DNA of 32,000 nt from Pyrodictium occultum (lineage in GTDB: Archaea > Thermoproteota > Thermoprotei_A > Sulfolobales > Pyrodictiaceae). Below, one piece after another: positions 1 to 8,274 of the stretch. The stretch spans positions 870,001 through 902,000 of the forward strand of contig NZ_LNTB01000001.1 of NCBI RefSeq assembly GCF_001462395.1. Direction: 5' to 3'. The stretch's first letter is position 1. Every line of letters starts with the position of its first letter. The notes under the pieces are model-generated. The model was not told the DNA's origin and did no database searches. It saw only the letters and a program-made list of their open reading frames with translations. The position numbers and the translations under genes are program-made.

Positions 1-586
1 GCATGCCCATATCGCCGAGCCGCGTGAATGAGAGTGCCCGGAGCCCGCTATGAGTTGGCGTGAACCACATGGGCACCCCGAGCCTGGAGCGGCCGGGGTC
101 GCCCACCCACGCCTCCTCCCGGTCGTCGTGGTAGAAGCTTATGAGGGCCCAGCTGGAGAGCCCGGTGCCCTCCCAGCCTATGAACATTACAACAAGGTCG
201 TCGGCGTAGACGAGCAGCAGCATGCTAGCCACGAAGAAGCTGTAGAACAGCCAGTACCTGGCCGCCCCCCACTCTCCTATGTAGTCGACGCTGTAGAGGG
301 CTATCAGCAGGCTGAGGGTGGAGACGACCACCCCCACTATCCCGGAGAGCGCATCCACCCGGAGCGCCAGGTCGACGCCGAGCCCGGGCACCCAGGGATA
401 GCTGAGCCTCCCCTCCCCCGCGGCGAGCGCGAGCCAGGAGAACACGGTGGCCGCTGCGGCGCCCGCCACCCCGGTCCAGGCAATCCTCCTCCAGCCGGAG
501 CCGAGCACGGCGAGCAGCACCACGGCTAGGGCCGCCAGGTACTCGGACGCCACCGCCGCCAGCGCCAGCAGCCCGGGCGAGGCCAT
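1..586 (-). CDS. nuoL: NADH-quinone oxidoreductase antiporter-like subunit L (NuoL/ND5-type), N-terminal part; the 3' end runs off the window
   Basis: My own translation of the minus strand from the ATG at 584-586 gives MASPGLLALAAVASEYLAALAVVLL...DDLVVMFIGWEGTGLSSWALISFYHDD..., open down to position 1. The FIGWEGxGLxS motif is characteristic of NuoL/MnhA. It is absent from the ORF track because it is open at the window edge. It lies immediately downstream of the other nuo genes. Confidence 0.7.
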   Translation of the reverse strand, partial: MASPGLLALAAVASEYLAALAVVLLAVLGSGWRRIAWTGVAGAAAATVFSWLALAAGEGRLSYPWVPGLGVDLALRVDALSGIVGVVVSTLSLLIALYSVDYIGEWGAARYWLFYSFFVASMLLLVYADDLVVMFIGWEGTGLSSWALISFYHDDREEAWVGDPGRSRLGVPMWFTPTHSGLRALSFTRLGDMGM

Positions 587-608
587 CCAGCCCACCTCTC
601 GCCGGGGA

Positions 609-2129
609 TCAGCCGTAGACCTGCCTCAGCAGGGAGAGCACCGGGCCGGCAACCAGGTTGACGAGTATGAAGAGGGCTACGCCGAGCACCGCCAGGGCCA
701 CGAGGGGCGCGAGCAGGCCCCGCACGCCCTCCTCCCCAGCCCTCTCGTACGCCCTCCCCGGCCTGCCGAGGAACATGTTCCTGAAGGCGAGGAAGCTGTA
801 GACAGCAGTGAGCGTCATTGCCGCCGCGACGCCTGCCGCGAGGACCACGAAGGCGCCGGGCCCGTAGCCGCTGGCCCACCTGGCGAATCCGAAGACCAGG
901 TAGACCTCGCTCCACATGCCCAGCGTCGGGGGTATACCGGATATCATCATGAAGCCGAGGAGGGCTACGGCAGCCGTGTAGGGCATGCGCTGCAGCAGCC
1001 CACCCAGCTCCCCGAGGTCGCGGGTGCCCAGACCCACTATGAAGACGCCGGCGACGCCGAAGAGTATTGCCTTGCCCAGCGCGTGGGCCATATAGTGGAG
1101 CACCGTCCCGGTCTCACCCACCGGGTTTGCGGCCGCGAGCCCCAGCATAAGGTAGCCCATCTGCGATATGCTGCTATAGGCTAACAGCCTCTTCACATCC
1201 CTCTGGGCGAGCACCAGGAAGCCCCCGTAGAGCATGGTGGCCAGGGCCCAGAGGAGGAGGATGGGGCTAACGGAGCCCCAGAGGCGGGGGAAGAACCCGA
1301 CACCGGCCCGGAGCATGGCGTAGGCCCCTATCCCTATCAACAGCGGCGAGAGCAGCGCCGAGACCGGGGTAGGGGCCTCAGCGTGCGCGTAGGGGAGCCA
1401 GAGGTGGAGCCCAGACATGGCCATCTTGACCGCGAGCCCCACGACTATGAGCGCGAGCGCCAGCGCGTGGCCCCCGCCGGCCCCGGTTACGTAGCCGGAG
1501 CCAGGCAGGTAGAAGTCGTAGGAGTGGATGAGGAAGAGGCCCAGGAGGTAGAGGAGCGCGCCCAGGTGGGTCCAGACGAGGTAGATGAGGCCCACGCGCA
1601 CCCGGTCACCGTAGCCGTAGAGGACTATGAGGAGCGCGCTCGGGATCAGCGTGAGCTCGAGGAAGAGGTAGAAGAGTATACCGTTGCCAGCCATGACAGC
1701 GCCCAGCATCCCCGCGGTGAATAGCTGGTAGAGCAGGTAGTAGACGCCCCAGTGCCTCTCATCCAGCCCCATCTCCTCGAAGCGGTGCTCCATGTAGGGG
1801 CTGGAGTAGAGGGCCACAAGCAGGCTCACAACCGCGATGGTGAGGGCCATCGCAGCCCCCACGGCGTCGAGGAAGAGGCTGAACACCCCGACGCCGGGCA
1901 CCCTCGCCCAGAGAGGGTCTAGGACAACCCTGCCTCCCAGCGCGGCCGCGGCCGGGGGCAGGAGGAGGAGCAGGGAGATCAGCCAGCTGCCCGAGTTGAG
2001 CAGCACGTGGCCCCTCCGCCCGATCCTCGAGGCGTAGAGCCCGCTGACAGTACCCGCTATGGCCGGGGCGGCCACGCTGGCCCAGAGCAGAGGGAGGCCG
2101 AGCCCAGTCTCCTCCATCAGCCCCTTCAC
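609..2129 (-). CDS. nuoM: NADH-quinone oxidoreductase antiporter-like subunit (NuoM/ND4-type; NuoN not excluded)
   Basis: 506-aa polytopic membrane ORF. FYLFLELTLIPSALLIVLYG and GLHLWLPYAHAEAPTPVSALLSPLL match Proton_antipo_M family signatures. Its length fits NuoM. It has a 4-nt overlap with the nuoK stop. Confidence 0.75.
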   Translation of the reverse strand: MKGLMEETGLGLPLLWASVAAPAIAGTVSGLYASRIGRRGHVLLNSGSWLISLLLLLPPAAAALGGRVVLDPLWARVPGVGVFSLFLDAVGAAMALTIAVVSLLVALYSSPYMEHRFEEMGLDERHWGVYYLLYQLFTAGMLGAVMAGNGILFYLFLELTLIPSALLIVLYGYGDRVRVGLIYLVWTHLGALLYLLGLFLIHSYDFYLPGSGYVTGAGGGHALALALIVVGLAVKMAMSGLHLWLPYAHAEAPTPVSALLSPLLIGIGAYAMLRAGVGFFPRLWGSVSPILLLWALATMLYGGFLVLAQRDVKRLLAYSSISQMGYLMLGLAAANPVGETGTVLHYMAHALGKAILFGVAGVFIVGLGTRDLGELGGLLQRMPYTAAVALLGFMMISGIPPTLGMWSEVYLVFGFARWASGYGPGAFVVLAAGVAAAMTLTAVYSFLAFRNMFLGRPGRAYERAGEEGVRGLLAPLVALAVLGVALFILVNLVAGPVLSLLRQVYG

Positions 2130-2440
2130 CCCCGGGTCTCCTTCAGCAGGTCGACGCTCATGCTCCTCTTCTTACGGTACACGAGTATGAGGAGTGCAGC
2201 GACCACCGCGATCTCGGCTATAGTGAGCATTATGGTTGCGAGGAGGACACTGTAGAACCCTGGGCGGGCCCCTGCAACGAGGCCCGTGTAGGCGGCGGTA
2301 AGCACCACAGAGTTGAAGAATACTTCCACCGATATGAAGAGCTTCACGAGACTACGCGCTGTCATAACCCCGTAGAGCCCGGACATGCCGGCCACCAGCG
2401 CGGTCAGGTAGACGAGCAGCGTAAGGGCCTCGCCGTTCAC
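2126..2440 (-). CDS. nuoK: NADH-quinone oxidoreductase subunit K (NuoK/ND4L)
   Basis: 104-aa protein with three hydrophobic helices, including LFISVEVFFNSVVLT (an NuoK-like E-containing helix). GTG start. Its position between nuoJ and nuoM fits. Confidence 0.8.
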   Translation of the reverse strand: MNGEALTLLVYLTALVAGMSGLYGVMTARSLVKLFISVEVFFNSVVLTAAYTGLVAGARPGFYSVLLATIMLTIAEIAVVAALLILVYRKKRSMSVDLLKETRG

Positions 2441-2543
2441 AGCCCCGCCATCCTCCCAAGGGCTGTGCCAGCCCGGCTCGGGGACCAGCTGGGAAAAAGT
2501 TCTACTCTGCCTCCACGCCGCGGCGTCGGCGCGCCGGCCCCCT

Positions 2544-3080
2544 CTACTCCCCCCGGGGGGCGGCGGAGCCCCGCGCCATGGAGAGGGCCTCTATCAGCAC
2601 CGCTGCAACCGTCACCACCATTAGGAGGGTGCAGAGCCAGCAGTCCATCAGCACCCGGGCTGCCTGGGTGAAGCTGAGGCTCCTGGAGGCCAGCTCGCTG
2701 CTTGACACGGGGTGGCTGAGCGCATACATCGCCAGCGGCGCCTCGAGCGCGGCCGCGGCGAAGAAGGCTAGCACAAGCCTGCCAGGGTTCAGAGTCCTCG
2801 GCTCCACGCCGCAACCCAGCATCATAACCACTATGGCTAGGAGCATGATGCCCGCCCCCGTGTAGACGACTATGTGGAAGACCGAGAGGTAGCCGTAGCC
2901 CGTCAGCGCGAGAACCGCGGCAACCCCGAGCGAGGCAATGACAAGCCAGGCTATACTATGCACCGTCTTCCTAGCCATAATGGCTCCTACAGAGCCCGAG
3001 GCCGCTGCTAGCAGCGACACAACTATAGCCGCATCGAGGAGGCTAGCTTGCACGCTCATAGCGGAGCCCCGCCTTCTCAT
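2544..3080 (-). CDS. nuoJ: NADH-quinone oxidoreductase subunit J (NuoJ/ND6)
   Basis: Hydrophobic protein of about 178 aa lying between nuoI and nuoK. The track start at 3083 is TTG, immediately followed by ATG at 3078-3080. An alternative ATG at 3059 would shorten the overlap with nuoI. Confidence 0.65.
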   Translation of the reverse strand: MRRRGSAMSVQASLLDAAIVVSLLAAASGSVGAIMARKTVHSIAWLVIASLGVAAVLALTGYGYLSVFHIVVYTGAGIMLLAIVVMMLGCGVEPRTLNPGRLVLAFFAAAALEAPLAMYALSHPVSSSELASRSLSFTQAARVLMDCWLCTLLMVVTVAAVLIEALSMARGSAAPRGE

Positions 3081-3576
3081 CAACTCTGGCCCTAACCCGG
3101 GGCCTTGAGGGCTTCTTTATCTCCTCCCGCAGCTTCCTGGAGTATATAGCCCAGTCCACGGGGTCCAGGTCCATGGTCTCAAGCTTCTCGAACACCTTGT
3201 CATGCACTATGCTCGTCTCAAGCGCGTCAGTCGGGCATATGTCCGCGCAGAGCCCGCAGAAGATGCAGCGACCGATATCGTAGCCGGGCCTCATCCTCTT
3301 ATCGCCCGGCACCCTGAACATCTTGATCGCCCTGGAGGGGCAGACCTGGGCGCATAGCGTGCAGCCTATGCACTTGTTATAGTCGAAGAGTATTATGCCG
3401 TGGTAGTACTCCGGCTTCTCCTCCTCCACGTCGGGGTACTGGAGCGTCATAGGCGGGTGGAGCATCCGCCTAGCCACAGTGAGTATGGCGTCCAGGTGGC
3501 CCTTAACCGGGTTCACGCGCGGCGGCCTACGGCCAGCCCGACCCTTATCCCTCCTCTCGCTGAGGCCCGGAGCCAA
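3043..3576 (-). CDS. nuoI: NADH-quinone oxidoreductase subunit I (NuoI, 2x[4Fe-4S] ferredoxin-type)
   Basis: Two CxxCxxCxxxCP motifs are present: CIGCTLCAQVCP and CIFCGLCADICP. TLQYPDVE matches the conserved NuoI N-terminal block. TTG start at 3576. Confidence 0.9.
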   Translation of the reverse strand: MAPGLSERRDKGRAGRRPPRVNPVKGHLDAILTVARRMLHPPMTLQYPDVEEEKPEYYHGIILFDYNKCIGCTLCAQVCPSRAIKMFRVPGDKRMRPGYDIGRCIFCGLCADICPTDALETSIVHDKVFEKLETMDLDPVDWAIYSRKLREEIKKPSRPRVRARVDEKAGLRYERAS

Positions 3577-3582
3577 GATGGC

Positions 3583-4611
3583 TCACCCCGTGTAGATGTA
3601 GCGCACGAGAGCCGAGACGGCGAAGGCCAGGAGGGCCAGGGGGAAGAGACGCGACCAGAACATGTCGGCCGTCTGGTCCAGCCGCATCCTCCCATATACT
3701 GCGCGGAGGAACACCGTGAATAGCATTAGGGCGACCGTCTTGGCCAGCACGGCGATGCTGCCGAGCAGCGGGCTCGTGAAGGGCATCCAGCCCCCCAGGA
3801 AGAGGAGTGTGAACATGAGCATCAGCACGTAGAGCTTGGCGTAGTCCAGGGCCATTACCAGCGCGTAGAGGAGCCCGCTATACTCGGTGTAGGGGCCCTG
3901 CACTATCTCCTGCTCCCCCAGCACCAGGTCGAACGGCACCCTGTCGGTGACCAGGAGCGCGGCTATGAAGAAGAGCAGCGCCGCTATAGGGTTGGCCACG
4001 AGCCCTATAACCCCTGTAGCCATCTGCTTCTCGACAGCCTCGCTGAAGTCCAGAACACCATACATCATTGTGGTCGCTAGGAGGGAGGCGAGTAGGGTAG
4101 CCTCCCCCGTCACCGAGACCAGGGCCTCACGGCTGGCCCCGATGAAGGCGAACTTGTTGGAGGCCGCCCAGCCCATTATGACCGCTAGTATCGGGGTTAG
4201 GCCAATAATGGCTGTGGCGATGAGTATGCTGAAGGGCGTCCTGAACCCGTAGATCCCGGGGCCGCCAGGCACTACGGTGAATGCGAGCGCCACTATGGTG
4301 AAGGCGAGTACCGGGGCGAAGAGGAAGCTCCACTTCTCTGCCTCGACCGGCACTATTATCTCCTGGAAGGCGAACTTCACGCCATCCGCCAGCATCTGCA
4401 GCGCGCCCTGGAGCCTCGGCGAGACATAGTAGGGCCCCACCCTCATCTGGGCCCTGGCAGCGATCTTCCTCTCAGCCCAGATTATGAAGAGGGCCAGGAG
4501 GGTGAATGTGAGGAGCCCCGGGTAGACGAGGGGCGCGAACACCGCCCTCACAGCCCACTCGGGCACGCCTAGGCGGGCTGCGAGCCAGCCGAGCAGCATG
4601 GAAGCCTTCAC
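3583..4611 (-). CDS. nuoH: NADH-quinone oxidoreductase subunit H (NuoH/ND1)
   Basis: 342-aa polytopic membrane protein. ERKIAARAQMRVGPYYV, DGVKF and VPFDLVLGEQEIVQGPYTEYSG are classic ND1/NuoH blocks. Confidence 0.9.
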   Translation of the reverse strand: MKASMLLGWLAARLGVPEWAVRAVFAPLVYPGLLTFTLLALFIIWAERKIAARAQMRVGPYYVSPRLQGALQMLADGVKFAFQEIIVPVEAEKWSFLFAPVLAFTIVALAFTVVPGGPGIYGFRTPFSILIATAIIGLTPILAVIMGWAASNKFAFIGASREALVSVTGEATLLASLLATTMMYGVLDFSEAVEKQMATGVIGLVANPIAALLFFIAALLVTDRVPFDLVLGEQEIVQGPYTEYSGLLYALVMALDYAKLYVLMLMFTLLFLGGWMPFTSPLLGSIAVLAKTVALMLFTVFLRAVYGRMRLDQTADMFWSRLFPLALLAFAVSALVRYIYTG

Positions 4612-4620
4612 CCCCTCCTT

Positions 4621-5829
4621 CTACCGGTCAGCCTCCGGGGGGAAGTAGTCGATGCTCGCGTATATAGCGGGCACATCCATTAGCGTGTGGCCCCTGGCCA
4701 GGGCGTCGAAGAGCACCACGTTCCTAGCGCTCGGCGTCACCACGCGGAGCCGGTAGGGCTTCGTATCCCCGCTGCTGACCAGGTAGTAGGTCACCTCACC
4801 CCTCCCCATCTCTCCCCGGCCCACCACCTCGCCGGGCTTGGCCTTCAGCCTCACATAGCCCCCGGGGAGCTTGACGCGGCCCCGCTCGAACCACTTCCTC
4901 ATGGCCGGGGGCACCTGGCGGATGAACCGCTCGCTCATGAACGGGCCCTCGGGGAGCTGGCGGAGCGCCCTCTCTATCAGCTCGAGGCTGGCCTCTATCT
5001 CGCGGAGCCGGACCCATATCCTCTCGAGCGCGTCGCCCTCGCTCCCGACCACGGGCTCGAAGTCGAGCTCGCCGTAGGCGGCGTAGCCCAGGAGCCTGGC
5101 GTCGTAGCGGACGCCGCTAGCCCTCAGGTTAGGCCCAGTGGCTCCGAGGGCCACGGCACGGCTGCGGGGGAGGACCCCGACTCCCTCGAGCCTCCCCCTT
5201 ATCACCGGGTTGTTGAGGAACACCTTGTCGTACTCGCGGAGCCTGCGCAGCATGTAGCGCTTCGCCTTCTCGAACTCCTCGCGGAACACTTGGGGGAGGT
5301 CGAGACGGACCCCGCCGGGTATCGGGTAGGTGTGGGTAAGCCTCGTGCCCGTGAGCAGCGAGGCTAGGTGGACGAATACCTCGCGGTCGCCGAAGGCCCA
5401 CATGTACATGGTAGAGTGGTTGAGGAATATCCCGCCTATCCCGAGGCCGTAGAGGTGGCTCGCTATCCTGTTCACCTCGCAGAGGATGGTGCGCAGGTAC
5501 CTGGCCCTGGGCGGGGGCTCAACGCCCAGCAGCTTCTCCACAGCCTCGACGTAGGGGAGGGTAATGTTACAGGCGTCGATTATTGTCATGCGCTCCAGGA
5601 GGCTTATGATACGGACGTACTCTCTTACCTCGGAGAGCTTCTCCATAGTGCGGTGCACATACCCTATATCCGGGTCGACCCGTACAACCCTGTCACCGTC
5701 AAGATAGACGATAAGCCTCATATGCCCCGAGGCGGGGTGCTGGGGCCCTATGTAGAGCTCGACCACCCGGTAGCCCTCCCGGGTCCCGAGCTCCCGGCCC
5801 ATCATCCCCGGAAGCTCCACCGCGGCCAT
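4621..5829 (-). CDS. nuoD: NADH-quinone oxidoreductase subunit D (NuoD, 49-kDa/NiFe-hydrogenase large-subunit-like)
   Basis: LYIGPQHPASGHMRL, ERMTIIDACN and the C-terminal IDYFPPEADR are typical NuoD blocks. The track start at 5853 is GTG. I prefer the ATG at 5827-5829 (MAAVELPG...). Confidence 0.9.
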   Translation of the reverse strand: MAAVELPGMMGRELGTREGYRVVELYIGPQHPASGHMRLIVYLDGDRVVRVDPDIGYVHRTMEKLSEVREYVRIISLLERMTIIDACNITLPYVEAVEKLLGVEPPPRARYLRTILCEVNRIASHLYGLGIGGIFLNHSTMYMWAFGDREVFVHLASLLTGTRLTHTYPIPGGVRLDLPQVFREEFEKAKRYMLRRLREYDKVFLNNPVIRGRLEGVGVLPRSRAVALGATGPNLRASGVRYDARLLGYAAYGELDFEPVVGSEGDALERIWVRLREIEASLELIERALRQLPEGPFMSERFIRQVPPAMRKWFERGRVKLPGGYVRLKAKPGEVVGRGEMGRGEVTYYLVSSGDTKPYRLRVVTPSARNVVLFDALARGHTLMDVPAIYASIDYFPPEADR

Positions 5830-5948
5830 AGCGTCAGCCACCCCGCGCAGCACGGCGGACGGCTGAGACCATGAAGACCTGGGTTCGACTACTGACGCGT
5901 AATGCTAGGCGCCCCCGGCCCGAAGCACCGGCCAAGGCGTCAAGCACC

Positions 5949-5958
5949 CTAAAATACT
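5949..5958. promoter_or_regulatory. TATA-like AT island (ctaaaatact) in the nuoD/nuoC divergent spacer
   Basis: This is the most AT-rich patch of the 254-nt spacer between the divergent nuoD (minus) and nuoC (plus). It reads TATTTTAG on the minus strand. Its distance to either start codon is long (about 95-150 nt), so the assignment is weak. Confidence 0.25.
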
Positions 5959-6107
5959 GAGCCCCAGACGGAATAGCCATTGTACAGCATCGGTCAATAG
6001 GACCCCGCACACCCAGCGGGCCAGCGGCTAAGAAGGGGCCCGGGGGAGGGCTTCACAGCGCTTCCGGGAGGCTCCTCCGGCCCCTAGGCGGGAGGTGCAG
6101 GAGACCC

Positions 6108-6644
6108 TTGCAGGAGCTAGAGGAGCTCCTAGCGGGCCTAGCTCAGCGTGTCGAGGAGCGCCAGGGAGTGAAGGTGGCTATCGTGGAGCCTAGCCGGCTC
6201 CGCGAGGCTGCGGAGAGGCTGCGGGAGGCCGGCTACGACTACCTCCTCATGGTCAGCGGGGTGGATGAGCCAAAGCAGGGGAGGATGAGAATAGTCTACC
6301 ATATAACGAGGAGCAGCAACCCCTCCGAGCTAGTCGCCCTCGAGGTCATGGTGCCGCGTGACGACCCCCGCGTGCCCTCGGTATACGACATCTACCCGGC
6401 GGCGCAGATCCAGGAGAGGGAGGAGCACGAGATGCTGGGCATAGTGTTCGAGGGCAACCCGGACCTCCGCCACCTGCTCCTCCCCGAGGACTGGCCCGAG
6501 GGTGTCTACCCGCTCCGCAAGGACTTCCACGTGGCCGAGGAGCCCTACATATCCTCCAAGCCGAGCAAGCCGATATGGGTGCTGAAGCCCGAGCTGAAGC
6601 CCGGCGGCGAAGCCGGGGCTGGAGAGGGAGGCGGAAAAGGCTGA
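6108..6644 (+). CDS. nuoC: NADH-quinone oxidoreductase subunit C (NuoC, 30-kDa subunit), encoded on the opposite strand to the rest of the nuo cluster
   Basis: EREEHEMLGIVFEGNPDLRHLLLPEDWPEGVYPLRKDF is the Complex1_30kDa signature (ERE..GI.F.GHPDLR..L....W.G.PLRKD). TTG start. The stop lies 14 nt from the convergent nuoB stop. Confidence 0.85.
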   Translation: MQELEELLAGLAQRVEERQGVKVAIVEPSRLREAAERLREAGYDYLLMVSGVDEPKQGRMRIVYHITRSSNPSELVALEVMVPRDDPRVPSVYDIYPAAQIQEREEHEMLGIVFEGNPDLRHLLLPEDWPEGVYPLRKDFHVAEEPYISSKPSKPIWVLKPELKPGGEAGAGEGGGKG

Positions 6645-6658
6645 GGGGAGCCCTCCCT

Positions 6659-7303
6659 CTACCCCTCCGCCAGGAGCCGCTGCTCGGCGACAACACGCTG
6701 GTACTCCTCAGCCCTCCTGTACATGGGCTCCATGAGCTCCTTCAGCTTGCTCTTGTCCTCGACGTCCCTGGGCCTCCACTTGCCCTGCCTGACCTTCTGC
6801 TGCAGCTTCACCAGCGCGTGGGCGACGGCCTCGGGCGGCGGCGGGCAGCCCGGCACGTAGTAGTCGACGGGGAGCACCTCGTGGGCCAACACTACATTGT
6901 AGCTGTTGTAGAATAGGCCGCCGGTGAGCGCGCACGCCCCCATAGCTATCACGAACTTGGGCCAGGGCATCTGCTCCCAGGTTATCCTTGCAACCCTGGC
7001 CATCTTCCTGGTGAGCGTCCCCTCTATAATCACCAGGTTGGTGTTCCGCGCGTGGGTGAAGGGCAGGCTACCCAGCCTCTCAGCGTCGTACTTGGGCGCG
7101 TAGAGGGCGGCGAACTCGGCGCCGCAGCAGCTGGTGGTGAGGTGCACCGGCCAGAGGCTGAAGCTGGTAGCCCAGTCCCGGAGAGTCTTGATAGGGGTCT
7201 TCTCCACCAGCCAGCGCGCCGCCTTCTCAGCAGCCTCCTCGAGGTTCCCCACCAGTATGAGGCCGCGCCTCCAATCCCGGTACTGGTACATGCGGCTCTC
7301 CAC
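6659..7303 (-). CDS. nuoB: NADH-quinone oxidoreductase subunit B (NuoB, 20-kDa, N2 [4Fe-4S])
   Basis: SCCGAEF, GACALTGG and VPGCPPPPEA supply the four N2-cluster cysteine positions of NuoB/PSST. Confidence 0.9.
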   Translation of the reverse strand: MESRMYQYRDWRRGLILVGNLEEAAEKAARWLVEKTPIKTLRDWATSFSLWPVHLTTSCCGAEFAALYAPKYDAERLGSLPFTHARNTNLVIIEGTLTRKMARVARITWEQMPWPKFVIAMGACALTGGLFYNSYNVVLAHEVLPVDYYVPGCPPPPEAVAHALVKLQQKVRQGKWRPRDVEDKSKLKELMEPMYRRAEEYQRVVAEQRLLAEG

Positions 7304-7306
7304 CCC

Positions 7307-7684
7307 CTAGGGCAGGCCCCAGTACTCCCGCCTCCTGGCATATCTTACGGCGTACACTATGGGCGGGAGTATTGCCGCCACCGAGGCTAGGACGAGGAAA
7401 GCCACCTGGTACCTCCTCCCCCCTGCCGCCGGGAGGACGAAGAGCAGCATGAACACGGGGTCAAGCGCTATGAATATGAGTATGTAGCCCAGGTACTGGT
7501 AGAGCGTCGGAACCCTAGCCTCCCCGCCGGGCGGGTTGCCGGCCTCGAAACGGAGCCTCTTGAAGACGTGCTCCGGGCCCCGCGTGGCCCGGGAGAGGAG
7601 CAGGTAGGCGAGGATAATGCTGGCGGGTACGAGCACGAGGACAGCTGCTATAGACACTATAGCGTCGGCATAGCCCGCGGCCAA
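7307..7684 (-). CDS. nuoA: NADH-quinone oxidoreductase subunit A (NuoA/ND3)
   Basis: 125-aa protein with three hydrophobic helices. RFEAGNPP is in the position of the NuoA YECG loop, and FIALDPVFMLLF matches the F..FD.E block. It lies directly upstream of nuoB. TTG start; a GTG nine codons downstream is also possible. Confidence 0.7.
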   Translation of the reverse strand: MAAGYADAIVSIAAVLVLVPASIILAYLLLSRATRGPEHVFKRLRFEAGNPPGGEARVPTLYQYLGYILIFIALDPVFMLLFVLPAAGGRRYQVAFLVLASVAAILPPIVYAVRYARRREYWGLP

Positions 7685-7843
7685 CCCTATCCACGCCCCT
7701 CCAGCTCCCCCGCTCGGCCCCGCGGCGCCGGCCCCTCTAGGGCGGCGGGGGCAGCGTTATAGCCCTGCCCCCGGGGCCAGGGCCCTCTTTATCCTCCCCA
7801 GGCTGGGCATTGCCTGGAGCGCGGCCACGCGAGGTGCCCCGGC

Positions 7844-8266
7844 TTGGCCGAGGAGATACGTGTGGGCAACTACATAGTGCTCCGGGACAGGCTCTACACG
7901 AGGACCGATGAGTGGGCTAAGAGGGAGGACGGCGTTGTAGTGGTAGGGATAACCGACTATGCGCAGAAGAAGCTGCGCGACATAGTGGGCGTGGAGCTGC
8001 CGGAGCCGGGCTCCAGGGTGAAGGCGGGCGAGGCGGTGGGGAGCATAGAGTCGGTGAAGGCCGCCGCCGACATCTACGCCCCCGTCTCCGGGGAGGTTGT
8101 CGAGGTTAACGAGAGGCTCTACGACGAGCCCGAGCTTGTCAACAAGGATCCCTACGGGGAGGGCTGGATGTTCAAGATAAGGATAAGCGATGAGAGCGAG
8201 CTCGAGAAGCTGCTTACGCCGGAGCAGTACGCGGAAAAGATACGCAGGGAGGAGGAGGGCCACTAG
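7844..8266 (+). CDS. gcvH: Glycine cleavage system H protein / lipoyl carrier protein
   Basis: YTRTDEWAK and [24 protein letters not shown] (lipoyl-lysine motif ESVKA) are present, followed by [16 protein letters not shown] start. Confidence 0.9.
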   Translation: MAEEIRVGNYIVLRDRLYTRTDEWAKREDGVVVVGITDYAQKKLRDIVGVELPEPGSRVKAGEAVGSIESVKAAADIYAPVSGEVVEVNERLYDEPELVNKDPYGEGWMFKIRISDESELEKLLTPEQYAEKIRREEEGH

Positions 8267-8274
8267 GCCCTCTC

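Noticed and set aside
50-1184. Plus-strand ORFs 50-529 and 447-1184, and similar antisense ORFs throughout the window (1383-1724, 4687-5367, 5368-5874, 10276-11079, 11683-12648, 14101-14715, 20730-21347, 21554-22579, 29714-30382, 30379-31242, 31381-31971)
   Set aside because: Each lies opposite a gene with clear family motifs, and each translates to H/P/G/R/E-rich low-complexity sequence. All are treated as GC-composition artefacts.
2437-2814. 125-aa minus-strand ORF bridging the nuoJ-nuoK gap
   Set aside because: It is in a different frame from nuoJ over most of its length, is R/G/P-rich and is not hydrophobic. The nuoJ frame is the membrane-protein-like one.
5875-5900. gggttcgact, reminiscent of a tRNA T-loop (GGTTCGA), in the nuoD/nuoC spacer
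   Set aside because: There is no complementary T-stem (cccag), no acceptor stem and no D-loop nearby on either strand, so this is not a tRNA.
7645-7661. Perfect inverted repeat GCTATAG-ACA-CTATAGC that looks like a double TATA box
   Set aside because: It lies inside the nuoA frame, encoding part of the residues before and in helix 1 (..ADAIVSIAA..). A promoter here would truncate the first transmembrane helix. It is probably coincidental.
7844-8266. gcvH without gcvT or gcvP neighbours
   Set aside because: Stand-alone lipoyl-carrier H proteins are common. Nothing in the sequence itself suggests an unusual role.
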